Assembly (NCBI GenBank): GCA_964589575.1
Contig: CAZPSE010000004.1
Location: 4,075-68,074, forward strand
DNA: 64,000 nucleotides
From: an uncultured Gammaproteobacteria bacterium
Lineage (GTDB): Bacteria; Pseudomonadota; Gammaproteobacteria; QNFE01; CAZPSE01
Direction: 5' to 3'
Shown here: one piece after another, positions 43,468-52,193 of the stretch
How the letters are laid out: every line of letters starts with the position of its first letter
How positions within the stretch are numbered: position 1 is the first letter of the stretch
The notes under the pieces: generated by a model
The model's input: only the letters and a program-made list of their open reading frames with translations
Told to the model about the DNA's origin: nothing
Databases searched by the model: none
Program-made: the position numbers and the translations under genes

Positions 43468-43734
43468 ATGAAAATTGTTGTCATTATTTTAATTATTGCT
43501 ATCTTAATTGCTTTATTTTCTTCCTTTATCGGTTTGAATATCGGTGGAAAAAAGGGCTCTGACAGAATGTTTAAATCACTCGCTACCCGTGTGGGTTTGT
43601 CGGTACTGTTATTTGTATTGTTAATGTTTTCTGGTTATATGGGGTGGATTAAACCCAATCCGACAAATTTCCATGTGCAACCCGCTCCCTCTGCCAATGT
43701 CTCTTCTGATGCGCAGGTAGATGTAAAAAAGTAA
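43468..43734 (+). CDS. Twin transmembrane helix small protein (DUF2909-like)
   Basis: Two TM segments, SLATRVGLSV, G.IKP pattern; precedes SURF1. Confidence 0.75.
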   Translation: MKIVVIILIIAILIALFSSFIGLNIGGKKGSDRMFKSLATRVGLSVLLFVLLMFSGYMGWIKPNPTNFHVQPAPSANVSSDAQVDVKK

Positions 43735-44450
43735 TGCTGAAAAAAGTAGTCATTCCTGCGGTACTTATTTCATTAACATTTTGGATGTTAATATCTTTAG
43801 GGCAATGGCAACTCAACCGTGCAGAAGAAAAACGCCAACTAGAATTGGCTATAGTTGAAGCGCAAGTGAACCCCGCACAAATGGTGTTTTTTAAAAAGCA
43901 GGTAATGGTTAAAGAGCATTATCCGGTTTTATTAGAAGGGCAGTTTGATAACAACAAACAATTTATTTATGACAATCAGATTGTGCGTAGTACAGCAGGT
44001 TATTATGTATTAACCCCGTTTATAATTGAAAAAAGCAACGATGTTATTTTAGTAAATAGAGGTTTTGTACCTTGGAGAGGACAAAGAGATAAACTGGTTA
44101 ACATTGATGTTAAGTCATCTAATCAAATTATCAAAGTAAAACTGACCAAACATGTACAACGAAAATTATTAAAAGAGCAAAAAATTAAAGGTGATTTTCC
44201 GTTTTTGATTCAATCATTAAATCTTGAAAAATTAAATGCATTAACAGGCTACAAAATTGTGCCGATGTTGGCCTTATTAGATGAAGAAGCCGACGACGGT
44301 TTTTTTCGTCAATGGCAACCTTTTTACGGCAGCGTAGATAAACATATGGGTTATGCCGTACAGTGGTTTGCAATGGCATTTACGTTGTTTGTTATTGCCG
44401 TTAGAATACTGTATAAAAATAGAAAAATGATTTTTCAAAATAACGCTTAG
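43734..44450 (+). CDS. SURF1/Shy1 family protein
   Basis: LGQWQLNRAEEK, LVNRGFVP, H.GYAVQWF motifs. Confidence 0.93.
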   Translation: MLKKVVIPAVLISLTFWMLISLGQWQLNRAEEKRQLELAIVEAQVNPAQMVFFKKQVMVKEHYPVLLEGQFDNNKQFIYDNQIVRSTAGYYVLTPFIIEKSNDVILVNRGFVPWRGQRDKLVNIDVKSSNQIIKVKLTKHVQRKLLKEQKIKGDFPFLIQSLNLEKLNALTGYKIVPMLALLDEEADDGFFRQWQPFYGSVDKHMGYAVQWFAMAFTLFVIAVRILYKNRKMIFQNNA

Positions 44451-44475
44451 ACTAAAAGAAGCGTGTATATTTTGT

Positions 44476-44536
44476 AGCGCTAAAGCTTGCAAGTTCACCG
44501 CTCTACCGTGAACTTGCAAGCTTTACAAAGCGGACT
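44476..44536. repeat. Solo hairpin homologous to the internal module of the MITE-like element
   Basis: 18-bp perfect stem 44481-44525 resembling 655-699, with flanking similarity. Confidence 0.65.
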
Positions 44537-44544
44537 GTAAATTA

Positions 44545-45312
44545 TTAAGCTAATGAACGCCCCCCGTCTACTGCCAATATTTGCCCTGTTATGTAACTGC
44601 TGTTTTCATTAATTAAAAAAGTTAGGGCATTAGCTAAGTCTTTTGGCTCGCCTTGTCTTTTCATTACAATATCGTTTAATATTTTATGTTTTTCTTCTTG
44701 GCTGTTTTCGGCATCACCTTCTGGCCATAAAATAGAGCCTGGCGAAATGCCATTTACACGTATTTCTGGCCCCAATTCTTTTGCTAAAGAACGCGTTAAC
44801 GCATAAAGCCCAGACTTGGCAGAACTGTATAAAGGGTAACCTTTTAACGGGTTTAAAGAGTGTATATCTACCATGTTGACTATACACCCCTTGGTTATTT
44901 TTAACCAAGGGGTCGACGCTTGGGCTAAAAAAAGCGGGGCTTTTAAATTAGATGCCATTAAGTCATGCCATTGTTCATCCGTTATTTCACCAACTGCAGT
45001 AGGATAAAAGCTAGACGCATTGTTGACCAACACATCTAAACGACCGAAGTGATTAATGGTTTGTTCTATTAACGTTTGATAGCTAGAAAATTCTGACAAG
45101 TTTGCTTGAACGGCGATAGCACTATTACTACGATTTTTATTTAGCTTGGTAACTAAAGTATCGGCACTTTTTTTAGAACCTCGATAGTGGACAACAACGT
45201 TGTAACCAAGTGCATGCAATGTTTCAGTAAAATAAGCACCTATTCGACGAGCGGCTCCCGTTATTAATACAGTTTTGTTGGATTCGTTTGGCTTAGATAC
45301 GGTAAAATTCAT
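44545..45312 (-). CDS. Pteridine reductase (FolM/PTR1-like short-chain dehydrogenase)
   Basis: TGAARRIG, NNASSFYPT, YSSAK motifs. Confidence 0.88.
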   Translation of the reverse strand: MNFTVSKPNESNKTVLITGAARRIGAYFTETLHALGYNVVVHYRGSKKSADTLVTKLNKNRSNSAIAVQANLSEFSSYQTLIEQTINHFGRLDVLVNNASSFYPTAVGEITDEQWHDLMASNLKAPLFLAQASTPWLKITKGCIVNMVDIHSLNPLKGYPLYSSAKSGLYALTRSLAKELGPEIRVNGISPGSILWPEGDAENSQEEKHKILNDIVMKRQGEPKDLANALTFLINENSSYITGQILAVDGGRSLA

Positions 45313-45335
45313 AGTCGAAAATTAATAATCAATAA

Positions 45336-46514
45336 ATGCCTCATTCTACCGCTAAAGCATTAAATTTACCTATTCCCTCTCTAGTTGATCGTGAATTTAG
45401 TTTACGATTAAAAAATAAAATTATTGATAAGATAAAAGCCGAAGGTGACATAGCTTTTTCACAATATATGCAAATGGCATTATATGAAAACGGCTTAGGC
45501 TATTACGTATCGGGGTTAAGAAAATTTGGTGAGCAAGGTGATTTTGTAACCTCGCCAGAAATTAGTAGCTTGTATGGACAAACACTCGCCAGACAAATAG
45601 CCGAAATATTTTCAAACTCGACAATAGATAAGGTATTTGAACTGGGTGCAGGAACAGGCAAACTGGCCGTAGATATACTAACGGAACTATCTGCTTTAAA
45701 TGCCTTACCCAGCAACTATATTATTTTAGATGTTAGTGCAGAAATGCAGCAACGCCAAAAACAACAAATTGCTAAACAACTACCAAAACTAATTGAAAGG
45801 GTAACTTGGCTTAGTGAGTGGCCTGAAAATATAAATGCGGTGGTAATAGCCAATGAAGTTTTAGATGCGATGCCGGTAGAGCGATTTTTACACCATCAAG
45901 ATAAAATATCGCGTCAATATGTTTCTGTAGAAAATAATGAATTAAAATTGGTTTACAAAAACGCAGATGATGAGTATAGCCAGCAAGTAAAAAATAAATT
46001 AGAGCACAATCAACAACCCTATATGTCGGAGTTAAGTAAAAATTACCAAGCTTGGTTTAGTAGTTTGCATAATGCAATAAACACAGGGGTATTATTGTTT
46101 ATAGACTATGGCTACCCACGCAAAGAGTATTACCTTGCAGAACGACAGCAAGGTACATTAATGTGCTTTTATCGCCATCATGCACACGACGACGCATTGC
46201 TAAACCCCGGTTTGCAAGACATTACCGCCTTTGTCGACTTTACCTCGGTGGTAGAATCGGCCACCGACGCAGGTTTTGATTTTGAAGGGTTTGTCTCGCA
46301 AAGTGATTTTTTATTAGCGAACGGAATTACCGACATTTTAAAATTAAAAATGAAAAATTTAGATGAAATAACTAATTACGAGTACGCCAAACAACTGAAA
46401 CAATTAACCCTGCCGGGTGAAATGGGCGAGCGTTTTAAAGTAATGGGTTTTTCTAAAAATTACCAACCAGAAATTAAAGGTTTTGAGCGCAATGATCAAA
46501 GCCACCTTTTATAG
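45336..46514 (+). CDS. SAM-dependent methyltransferase, MidA/NDUFAF7 family
   Basis: LGYY, GDFVTSPEIS, ELGAGTG, ANEVLDAMP, QDITAFVDF motifs. Confidence 0.9.
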   Translation: MPHSTAKALNLPIPSLVDREFSLRLKNKIIDKIKAEGDIAFSQYMQMALYENGLGYYVSGLRKFGEQGDFVTSPEISSLYGQTLARQIAEIFSNSTIDKVFELGAGTGKLAVDILTELSALNALPSNYIILDVSAEMQQRQKQQIAKQLPKLIERVTWLSEWPENINAVVIANEVLDAMPVERFLHHQDKISRQYVSVENNELKLVYKNADDEYSQQVKNKLEHNQQPYMSELSKNYQAWFSSLHNAINTGVLLFIDYGYPRKEYYLAERQQGTLMCFYRHHAHDDALLNPGLQDITAFVDFTSVVESATDAGFDFEGFVSQSDFLLANGITDILKLKMKNLDEITNYEYAKQLKQLTLPGEMGERFKVMGFSKNYQPEIKGFERNDQSHLL

Positions 46515-46530
46515 GAAAACAAAAGAATAA

Positions 46531-47328
46531 ATGGAAACCATACAAATATTTGTTTTAGCGATAGTACAAGGCATAACCGAGTTTTTACCAGTATCAAGTT
46601 CTGCGCACTTAATAATTGTACCCGAGTTACTAAAATGGCCAGACCAAGGTTTAGCTTTTGATGTGGCGGTACATTTAGGCACATTAACCGCGGTAATCAG
46701 TTACTTTAGAAAAGAAATATCCGTAATGATAATTGATTGGTTTGCCTCTTTAACAGGCAAGGGGTCCACGCCAGAGGCCCGTTTAGCATGGTTTGTTATA
46801 ATTGGAACCATACCTGTAGGGGTGGTGGGTTTAGCGTTTAAAGATTACATAGAGTTATATTTACGCTCCCCTATAATCATCGCATCTACAAGTATTGGTT
46901 TTGGTTTGTTATTACTTTATGCAGACAAAGTGCCCAAACCCGTTAGAACAGAAAAAAGTATGACGTTAAAAGACTGTTTGATTATTGGTAGTTTTCAGGC
47001 GGTGGCATTAATCCCCGGCACCTCGCGCTCAGGTGCAACCATGACCGCCGCAATGTTGTTAGGCATGACCAAAGAAGCGGCCGCAAGGTTCTCATTCTTA
47101 CTGTCTATACCGGTAATTGTCTTGTCGGGGTTGTTAGTTAGTAAAGACTTGTACGAATCGCCGGAGGCAATAGATTGGTATGCAATGACGCTTGGTTTTG
47201 GTTTATCTGCAGTAAGTGCGTTTATTTGTATTTGGTTGTTTTTGGCTTATATATCACGCATGGGCATGACGGCATTTGTTATTTATAGGGTTTTACTGGG
47301 CGTGTTTTTATTGGTGATTTTTACGTAA
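46531..47328 (+). CDS. uppP: Undecaprenyl-diphosphate phosphatase
   Basis: QGITEFLPVSSSAH, PGTSRSG, FSFLLSIP motifs. Confidence 0.96.
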   Translation: METIQIFVLAIVQGITEFLPVSSSAHLIIVPELLKWPDQGLAFDVAVHLGTLTAVISYFRKEISVMIIDWFASLTGKGSTPEARLAWFVIIGTIPVGVVGLAFKDYIELYLRSPIIIASTSIGFGLLLLYADKVPKPVRTEKSMTLKDCLIIGSFQAVALIPGTSRSGATMTAAMLLGMTKEAAARFSFLLSIPVIVLSGLLVSKDLYESPEAIDWYAMTLGFGLSAVSAFICIWLFLAYISRMGMTAFVIYRVLLGVFLLVIFT

Positions 47329-47488
47329 CCATTGGGTCGAATTAACCAAGCCATTTTCGAAAAGGTAGTCTTTTAAAAAAACCGAGGAACCACATATCAA
47401 ACTCAAGCTGGTTGCTATAAAAAGCTATTTAAAATACAAAGCATAAAAATTAAAGGCTGTTTTGTGGTGTTAAACATTAAACAACTTA

Positions 47489-48238
47489 TTAAGACTTGCG
47501 CCAATGGATGATAGTAGCTTGATATTCTGCGTTAAGTTTTTCTATCATTTTTGCTTTTTCAACGTCTTTAATTTGAGAAAAGTTTTCTTTTAAAAGCACT
47601 AATGCCTCATTAATAAATGGGCTACTGGGGTAATTATTTAGTAAAAAGGTTAAACGATTAATAGACGATATATGCGCACTGCGGGTAGTGTAATAACGCG
47701 CGATTTTATATTCAGACTCGGCCAATTTGTTTCGTAAATAAACCATTCTTAAACGGGCATCATTACTAAATTGGCTTTTAGGAAATAAATTGATTAATTG
47801 TTTAAACGCCAAAAAAGCATTTACCGAATGCATTTGGTCAATATCACTAAAGTCTCGTGGCATGTAAGGATCTAAAAAACCACGGCCTTTTTTGTAAAGC
47901 GTTAAACCTTTTAAATAATAAGCGTAAGCCAAGTGTTTATTTTTAGGGTTAAAGCGAATAAATCGGTCTAAAGCAGCAATGGCAGAAATAGGCTCATCAT
48001 TTTTATAATAAGCATAAGCAATTTCTAATTGGGTTTGGATGGCATACTTACCAAAAGGGTAACGGGCTTCTAATGTTTCAAAATAATTAGTAGCAGACTG
48101 AAACTCGCCAATTTGCAACGCTTGTTTAGCATGCTCATAAAGCTTTTGGTCAGACCAGCCCTCGGTGGGGTCTTTTTCTACAGTTGTACCGCAAGCAAGC
48201 AAGCTAAGTAAGCCAAAAATTAATAGTAAATGCTTCAT
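47489..48238 (-). CDS. bamD: Outer membrane assembly lipoprotein BamD
   Basis: Lipobox LLAC, YPFGKYA.Q.QLE, YAYYLKGL motifs; divergent from rluD. Confidence 0.92.
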   Translation of the reverse strand: MKHLLLIFGLLSLLACGTTVEKDPTEGWSDQKLYEHAKQALQIGEFQSATNYFETLEARYPFGKYAIQTQLEIAYAYYKNDEPISAIAALDRFIRFNPKNKHLAYAYYLKGLTLYKKGRGFLDPYMPRDFSDIDQMHSVNAFLAFKQLINLFPKSQFSNDARLRMVYLRNKLAESEYKIARYYTTRSAHISSINRLTFLLNNYPSSPFINEALVLLKENFSQIKDVEKAKMIEKLNAEYQATIIHWRKS

Positions 48239-48325
48239 TTAATGTGCTGATAAAAAAGTTGCAACATTATAACCTTTACAGCTTTGCGCTATAATAAAAA
48301 AATCATTACTGTTCAGAGAAGGCAA

Positions 48326-49399
48326 TTGTCAGAAAATTCCATCCAGATAGAAAAAAATGTACCCGATGCACTAGCAGGTATAAGGATTGATAAAGTTTTG
48401 CACGAAATGTGGCCAGAATATTCGCGCAGCCGACTACAAGCGATGATAAAAAACCAAAAGGTATGGGTAGACGACAAAACGGTTGGGGCAAAATTTAAAC
48501 CCATCGGTGGCGAAAAAGTGGTCTGTAGCGTCGACCCCTTGGTAGAAGAACAAGAAGTCATACCGCAAAACATACCGATAAATGTGCTATACGAAGATGA
48601 CGACATCATTATCATAAACAAACCAGTAAATATGGTAGTACACCCAGCCGCAGGCAATTGGGACGGCACACTACAAAATGGGCTTTTATACCGCTACCCA
48701 GAGTTAAACAACGTGCCGCGCTCAGGCATCGTGCATCGGTTAGACAAAGACACCAGCGGACTAATGGTAGTGGCGCGTAATTCAAAATCACATCAATACA
48801 TGGTAAAAATATTATCCAACCGCGACGTAAACCGACACTACATGACCATAGTAGACGGCGTACCCATAGCCGGTAAAACCATAGATGCACCCATAGCGCG
48901 TGACCCAAGAAACCGAAAAAAAATGGGCGTAGTGGTAAACGGTAAATATGCCATCACCCACTTTAAAGTAAAAGAAAAATACCGCCAACACAGCCTGCTA
49001 GACATAAAACTAGAAACAGGGCGCACCCACCAAATACGTGTACATTTAAGCCACATAGGCTACCCAGTCATTGGCGACACCACCTACGGCGCACGCAAAA
49101 AAATACCACCCGGTTGCGAAGACGGGTTAAAAGAAGCCATACAAAAATGTGACAGGCAAATGTTGCACGCCTATAAGTTATCGTTTATTCACCCCACTAA
49201 AAATAAATTAATGACATGGAAAGCGCCATTAGCACACGACATGTTAGAAATACTAAACCTGCTAGACACCGACTACCTACAACGCGGACAACTAGCCGCA
49301 GAATTTTTTAAAGAAGATGACGGCTATGACGACGACTACACCCCGCCAGAAGATGGCTACTACGAGGTAATAACCCTGTATGACTTTGAAGAAGAATGA
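48326..49399 (+). CDS. rluD: 23S rRNA pseudouridine synthase D
   Basis: S4 domain, HRLDKDTSG, LETGRTHQIRVH motifs; TTG 48326 preferred. Confidence 0.95.
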   Translation: MSENSIQIEKNVPDALAGIRIDKVLHEMWPEYSRSRLQAMIKNQKVWVDDKTVGAKFKPIGGEKVVCSVDPLVEEQEVIPQNIPINVLYEDDDIIIINKPVNMVVHPAAGNWDGTLQNGLLYRYPELNNVPRSGIVHRLDKDTSGLMVVARNSKSHQYMVKILSNRDVNRHYMTIVDGVPIAGKTIDAPIARDPRNRKKMGVVVNGKYAITHFKVKEKYRQHSLLDIKLETGRTHQIRVHLSHIGYPVIGDTTYGARKKIPPGCEDGLKEAIQKCDRQMLHAYKLSFIHPTKNKLMTWKAPLAHDMLEILNLLDTDYLQRGQLAAEFFKEDDGYDDDYTPPEDGYYEVITLYDFEEE

Positions 49400-50114
49400 A
49401 TTAGCGTTAATAACCCCCAACTGGCCAGCGCCTAAAAATATAAAAGCCATAAGCACCACCATTTACGGTGGCAAAAGCCAAGGCAACTACGCAACGTTAA
49501 ACCTAGCAGACCACGTAAAAGATAACCCCGCACACGTAGCCAAAAACAGAACGATACTAGAAAAACAACTCAACCTATCACTAAACACCAGTTGGTTAAA
49601 CCAAACGCACAGCAACAAATGGCAAGCCATGCCAGACACCAAAAAAAATAATGCCGATGCCAGCTACACCCAGCAAAGCCAAACCCCATGCAGTGTATTA
49701 ACTGCAGACTGCGTACCCATACTGTTTTGTAATAAACAGGGGGGCTTTGTAGCTGCCGTACATGCAGGTTGGCAAGGCGTGTTTAACGGCATAACTAAAA
49801 AAATAAAAGACATCTACCCAAACACCCACGAGCTAATGGCATGGATAGGCCCCTGCATAAAACAAAACAGCATGGAAGTAAGCGACGACTTTTATAATGA
49901 CTTTATAAAGCAAGATGCCCATTTTAAAAACGCCTTTGTCAAAAAAGACAAATGGCACTTCGACATGGTCGCCGCCACCAAAATGCAACTGCAAGCGGTA
50001 GGTGTAACCGCAATATACGGTGGTGACTATTGCACCTATAGCGACGAACAGTTTTTTTCATTTAGGCAAAATAGTGTAACGGGGCGCATAGCAACAATGG
50101 TATGGATTGACTAA
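49380..50114 (+). CDS. pgeF: PgeF/YfiH family protein
   Basis: LNLADHVKD, LTADCVPIL, AVHAGW, FFSFR motifs; follows rluD. Confidence 0.92.
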   Translation: MTLKKNELALITPNWPAPKNIKAISTTIYGGKSQGNYATLNLADHVKDNPAHVAKNRTILEKQLNLSLNTSWLNQTHSNKWQAMPDTKKNNADASYTQQSQTPCSVLTADCVPILFCNKQGGFVAAVHAGWQGVFNGITKKIKDIYPNTHELMAWIGPCIKQNSMEVSDDFYNDFIKQDAHFKNAFVKKDKWHFDMVAATKMQLQAVGVTAIYGGDYCTYSDEQFFSFRQNSVTGRIATMVWID

Positions 50115-50126
50115 AGATTATTTTGA

Positions 50127-50342
50127 ATAAGATTACGTAAAGAAGGGAAAAAGCATCTACAAACTTTAGCAAAAGCGACGGGTAGAACAAAATCATTCTA
50201 CATAAATAAACTGGTAGAAAATGGTATTGAAGCGCTAGAAGGTGTTTATTTGTCTGAACGAGTATTAGAAAAAATTAGAGCAAGAAAAGAAAGCGTTTAT
50301 AGCTTGAGTGAAGTGGAGCAAACTCTTGAACTGGATAATTAA
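50127..50342 (+). pseudogene. RelB/TraY-like ribbon-helix-helix antitoxin, 5' end lost
   Basis: Manual translation IRLRKEGKKHLQTLAKATGRTKSFYI...SLSEVEQTLELDN; in-frame TGA immediately upstream, no start codon. Confidence 0.7.
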
Positions 50343-50523
50343 TTTTGCAGAAACGGCTTTAAAACAACTGAAAAAATAGATAAAACGGCCTCAATTAAAA
50401 TAGTTAAGTATTTAAAAAAACATGTAGTTGAACATGGAAAACCTTACCAAATTGGAAAACAACTAAAAGCCAACTTAAGTGAATTATGGCTATATAGAAT
50501 AGGAGATTACCGAATTATTTGTG
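50326..50523 (+). pseudogene. RelE/StbE toxin, frameshifted and 3'-truncated
   Basis: TTG 50326 NWIINFAETALKQLKK, then a frameshift in an A6 tract to IDK...LWLYRIGDYRIIC; C-terminal VGHR..VY part missing. Confidence 0.75.
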
Positions 50524-50541
50524 GGGAAGGGTTTGTCTTTG

Positions 50542-50736
50542 TTATAGACGTTTGTCGCTTAAACCAGCTTGTTTTAACACTGCGTTTGCGGTGTGGCGTG
50601 ATTTACAGTTTTTAGGTACCGTAATTGCATTTTTACCTGTTTTAAACCAAACTTGATGTGAGCCTTTGCCTGATCTAATGTTTTTCCAGCCATCATTTTT
50701 TAATAGTTTTTTTACTGCTTTTTCAAAGCCATTCAT
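50542..50736 (-). CDS. HicA family toxin
   Basis: GW..IRSGKGSH, ITVP, VLKQAGL motifs; 64 aa. Confidence 0.88.
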   Translation of the reverse strand: MNGFEKAVKKLLKNDGWKNIRSGKGSHQVWFKTGKNAITVPKNCKSRHTANAVLKQAGLSDKRL

Positions 50737-51011
50737 GCAACCGCTAAATGGTCTGTAAAGATAACGTCAGCAGATGGTTTTTTTATTAAAAATTCTGGGT
50801 AGTTTAGTTCTAATAAGGCAGGTATTGCATCTTCGGACTCTTTGATTATTTCATCAAATGTTTTAGCTTCTAAAACCAGCCCTGTAATGTCTTGGCTTGT
50901 AGCAACGTATACGTTGGCTTCTTTATCGTGAATAACGTCTATTTTCATTGTTATGGTTGCGCCTAAACGCGATAACAATAATGATGCAGGGTATCTTAAT
51001 GGGTAATTCAT
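50733..51011 (-). CDS. DUF1902/HicB-like antitoxin
   Basis: D.EANVYVATSQDITGLVLEA.TFDE motif; stop overlaps the hicA start. Confidence 0.8.
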   Translation of the reverse strand: MNYPLRYPASLLLSRLGATITMKIDVIHDKEANVYVATSQDITGLVLEAKTFDEIIKESEDAIPALLELNYPEFLIKKPSADVIFTDHLAVA

Positions 51012-51296
51012 AATTTTAATTTCATTTTTGGGCTGAACATATAATCAATATAATAGCATTATTGTAGTTTTCTACATAATATATCTTATTTATTTAAGTG
51101 TTTTTTGTTTCAAGAAAGTTAAAAACTCGCTATTTTTGTTAAAATAAATAGGTGTGACTAGATTCAGAAAAATTGATGTTTTTTATTAATAGAAATGGTT
51201 CCCTTTAATATTGTTACATGATTGTTCTACCTTACCCTATCGCTCTCCAGATAGGAGAGGGAATAGCGACTGATAGTATTATTAACATGTTTCGAC

Positions 51297-51315
51297 ACGA
51301 GCCTTGCTCGTAACG
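51297..51315. repeat. Solo REP-like remnant
   Basis: ACGAGCCTTGCTCGTAACG shares the CGAGC-CTT-GCTCG hairpin and TAACG of the palindromes at 2.4-6.6 kb. Confidence 0.6.
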
Positions 51316-51393
51316 ATTGTTGGGTTTTAATTAAAGCGGTTGCTTTTGGTGGCGATATTGCTAATATAAATGTATGACAAGTAAGACAAAGAG

Positions 51394-51609
51394 GTGGTTA
51401 TGCTTTCAGTAAGGCTAGATGCAAAAACAGAGCAATTTTTAGAGAACATTGCGAGTGAAACTCAGCGGTCTAAAAGTTTTTTTGTTAAAGAAGCATTAAA
51501 AAATTATATGGACGATATGCAAGATTATTACGATGCAAAATTAAGAACAGATGATGATAAGCGCAACTTAATTTCGTTAAGTGAACTGGAAAAAGCACTT
51601 GGCATATAA
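51394..51609 (+). CDS. RelB/TraY-like ribbon-helix-helix antitoxin
   Basis: MLSVRLD...RSKSFFVKEAL...ISLSELEKALGI; paralog of 50127-50342. Confidence 0.85.
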   Translation: MVMLSVRLDAKTEQFLENIASETQRSKSFFVKEALKNYMDDMQDYYDAKLRTDDDKRNLISLSELEKALGI

Positions 51610-51856
51610 ATTAGTTTTTGATGACAAGGTTATTAAAGACTTTAAAAAAATAGATAAACAGTGGCAAATAAAAATACTAAATGTCATTAAACAAAAGCTG
51701 GTTTTAAATCCCTATTCAGGGAAAAAATTAGTGGGTGATTTATCTTCTTTCTATCGGTTAAGCGTTGCTAATTATCGTGTTATTTACCAAATTTTAAAAA
51801 ATGAACTGATTGTTACCATTATTAAAGTTAGGCACCGCAAAGAGGTATATAAATAA
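51599..51856 (+). CDS. RelE/StbE family toxin
   Basis: GKKLVGDL..YRLSVANYRVIY...KVRHRKEVY motifs; TTG 51599 preferred. Confidence 0.88.
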   Translation: MAYKLVFDDKVIKDFKKIDKQWQIKILNVIKQKLVLNPYSGKKLVGDLSSFYRLSVANYRVIYQILKNELIVTIIKVRHRKEVYK

Positions 51857-51947
51857 TGAGGCAAACGTGTAGTATTTTTATCGTTTTTATGAATTACAAA
51901 AAACATTAAGGTACACTTAAAACTCTTTATTTATGAAATGAATAATC

Positions 51948-52193
51948 ATGTTTAGCAATCAATTTTTCGAGCAAGTATCGGCCAATATTCAAAAAGTAAT
52001 CCCTGCAGATTTAGGCGTTATTAAAGCCGACATTGAAACTGTTATACGGGTAGAAATGATGGCACTTTTAGAAAAAATGGATTTAGTCACCCGTGAAGAG
52101 TTTGATATACAAACAGCCGTTTTACTAAAAACCCGCAAAAAGCTAGAAACCCTAGAAGAACAAGTTAAACAAATACAAACCCAACTAAAGTAA
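51948..52193 (+). CDS. ubiK: Accessory factor UbiK (BMFP family)
   Basis: KMDLVTREEFDIQ..VL.KTR..LE.LE motif; precedes comM. Confidence 0.85.
   Translation: MFSNQFFEQVSANIQKVIPADLGVIKADIETVIRVEMMALLEKMDLVTREEFDIQTAVLLKTRKKLETLEEQVKQIQTQLK

Noticed and set aside
46758-46769. Near-match CAAGGGGTCCAC in uppP
   Set aside because: One mismatch; left out of the exact motif count but may belong to the family
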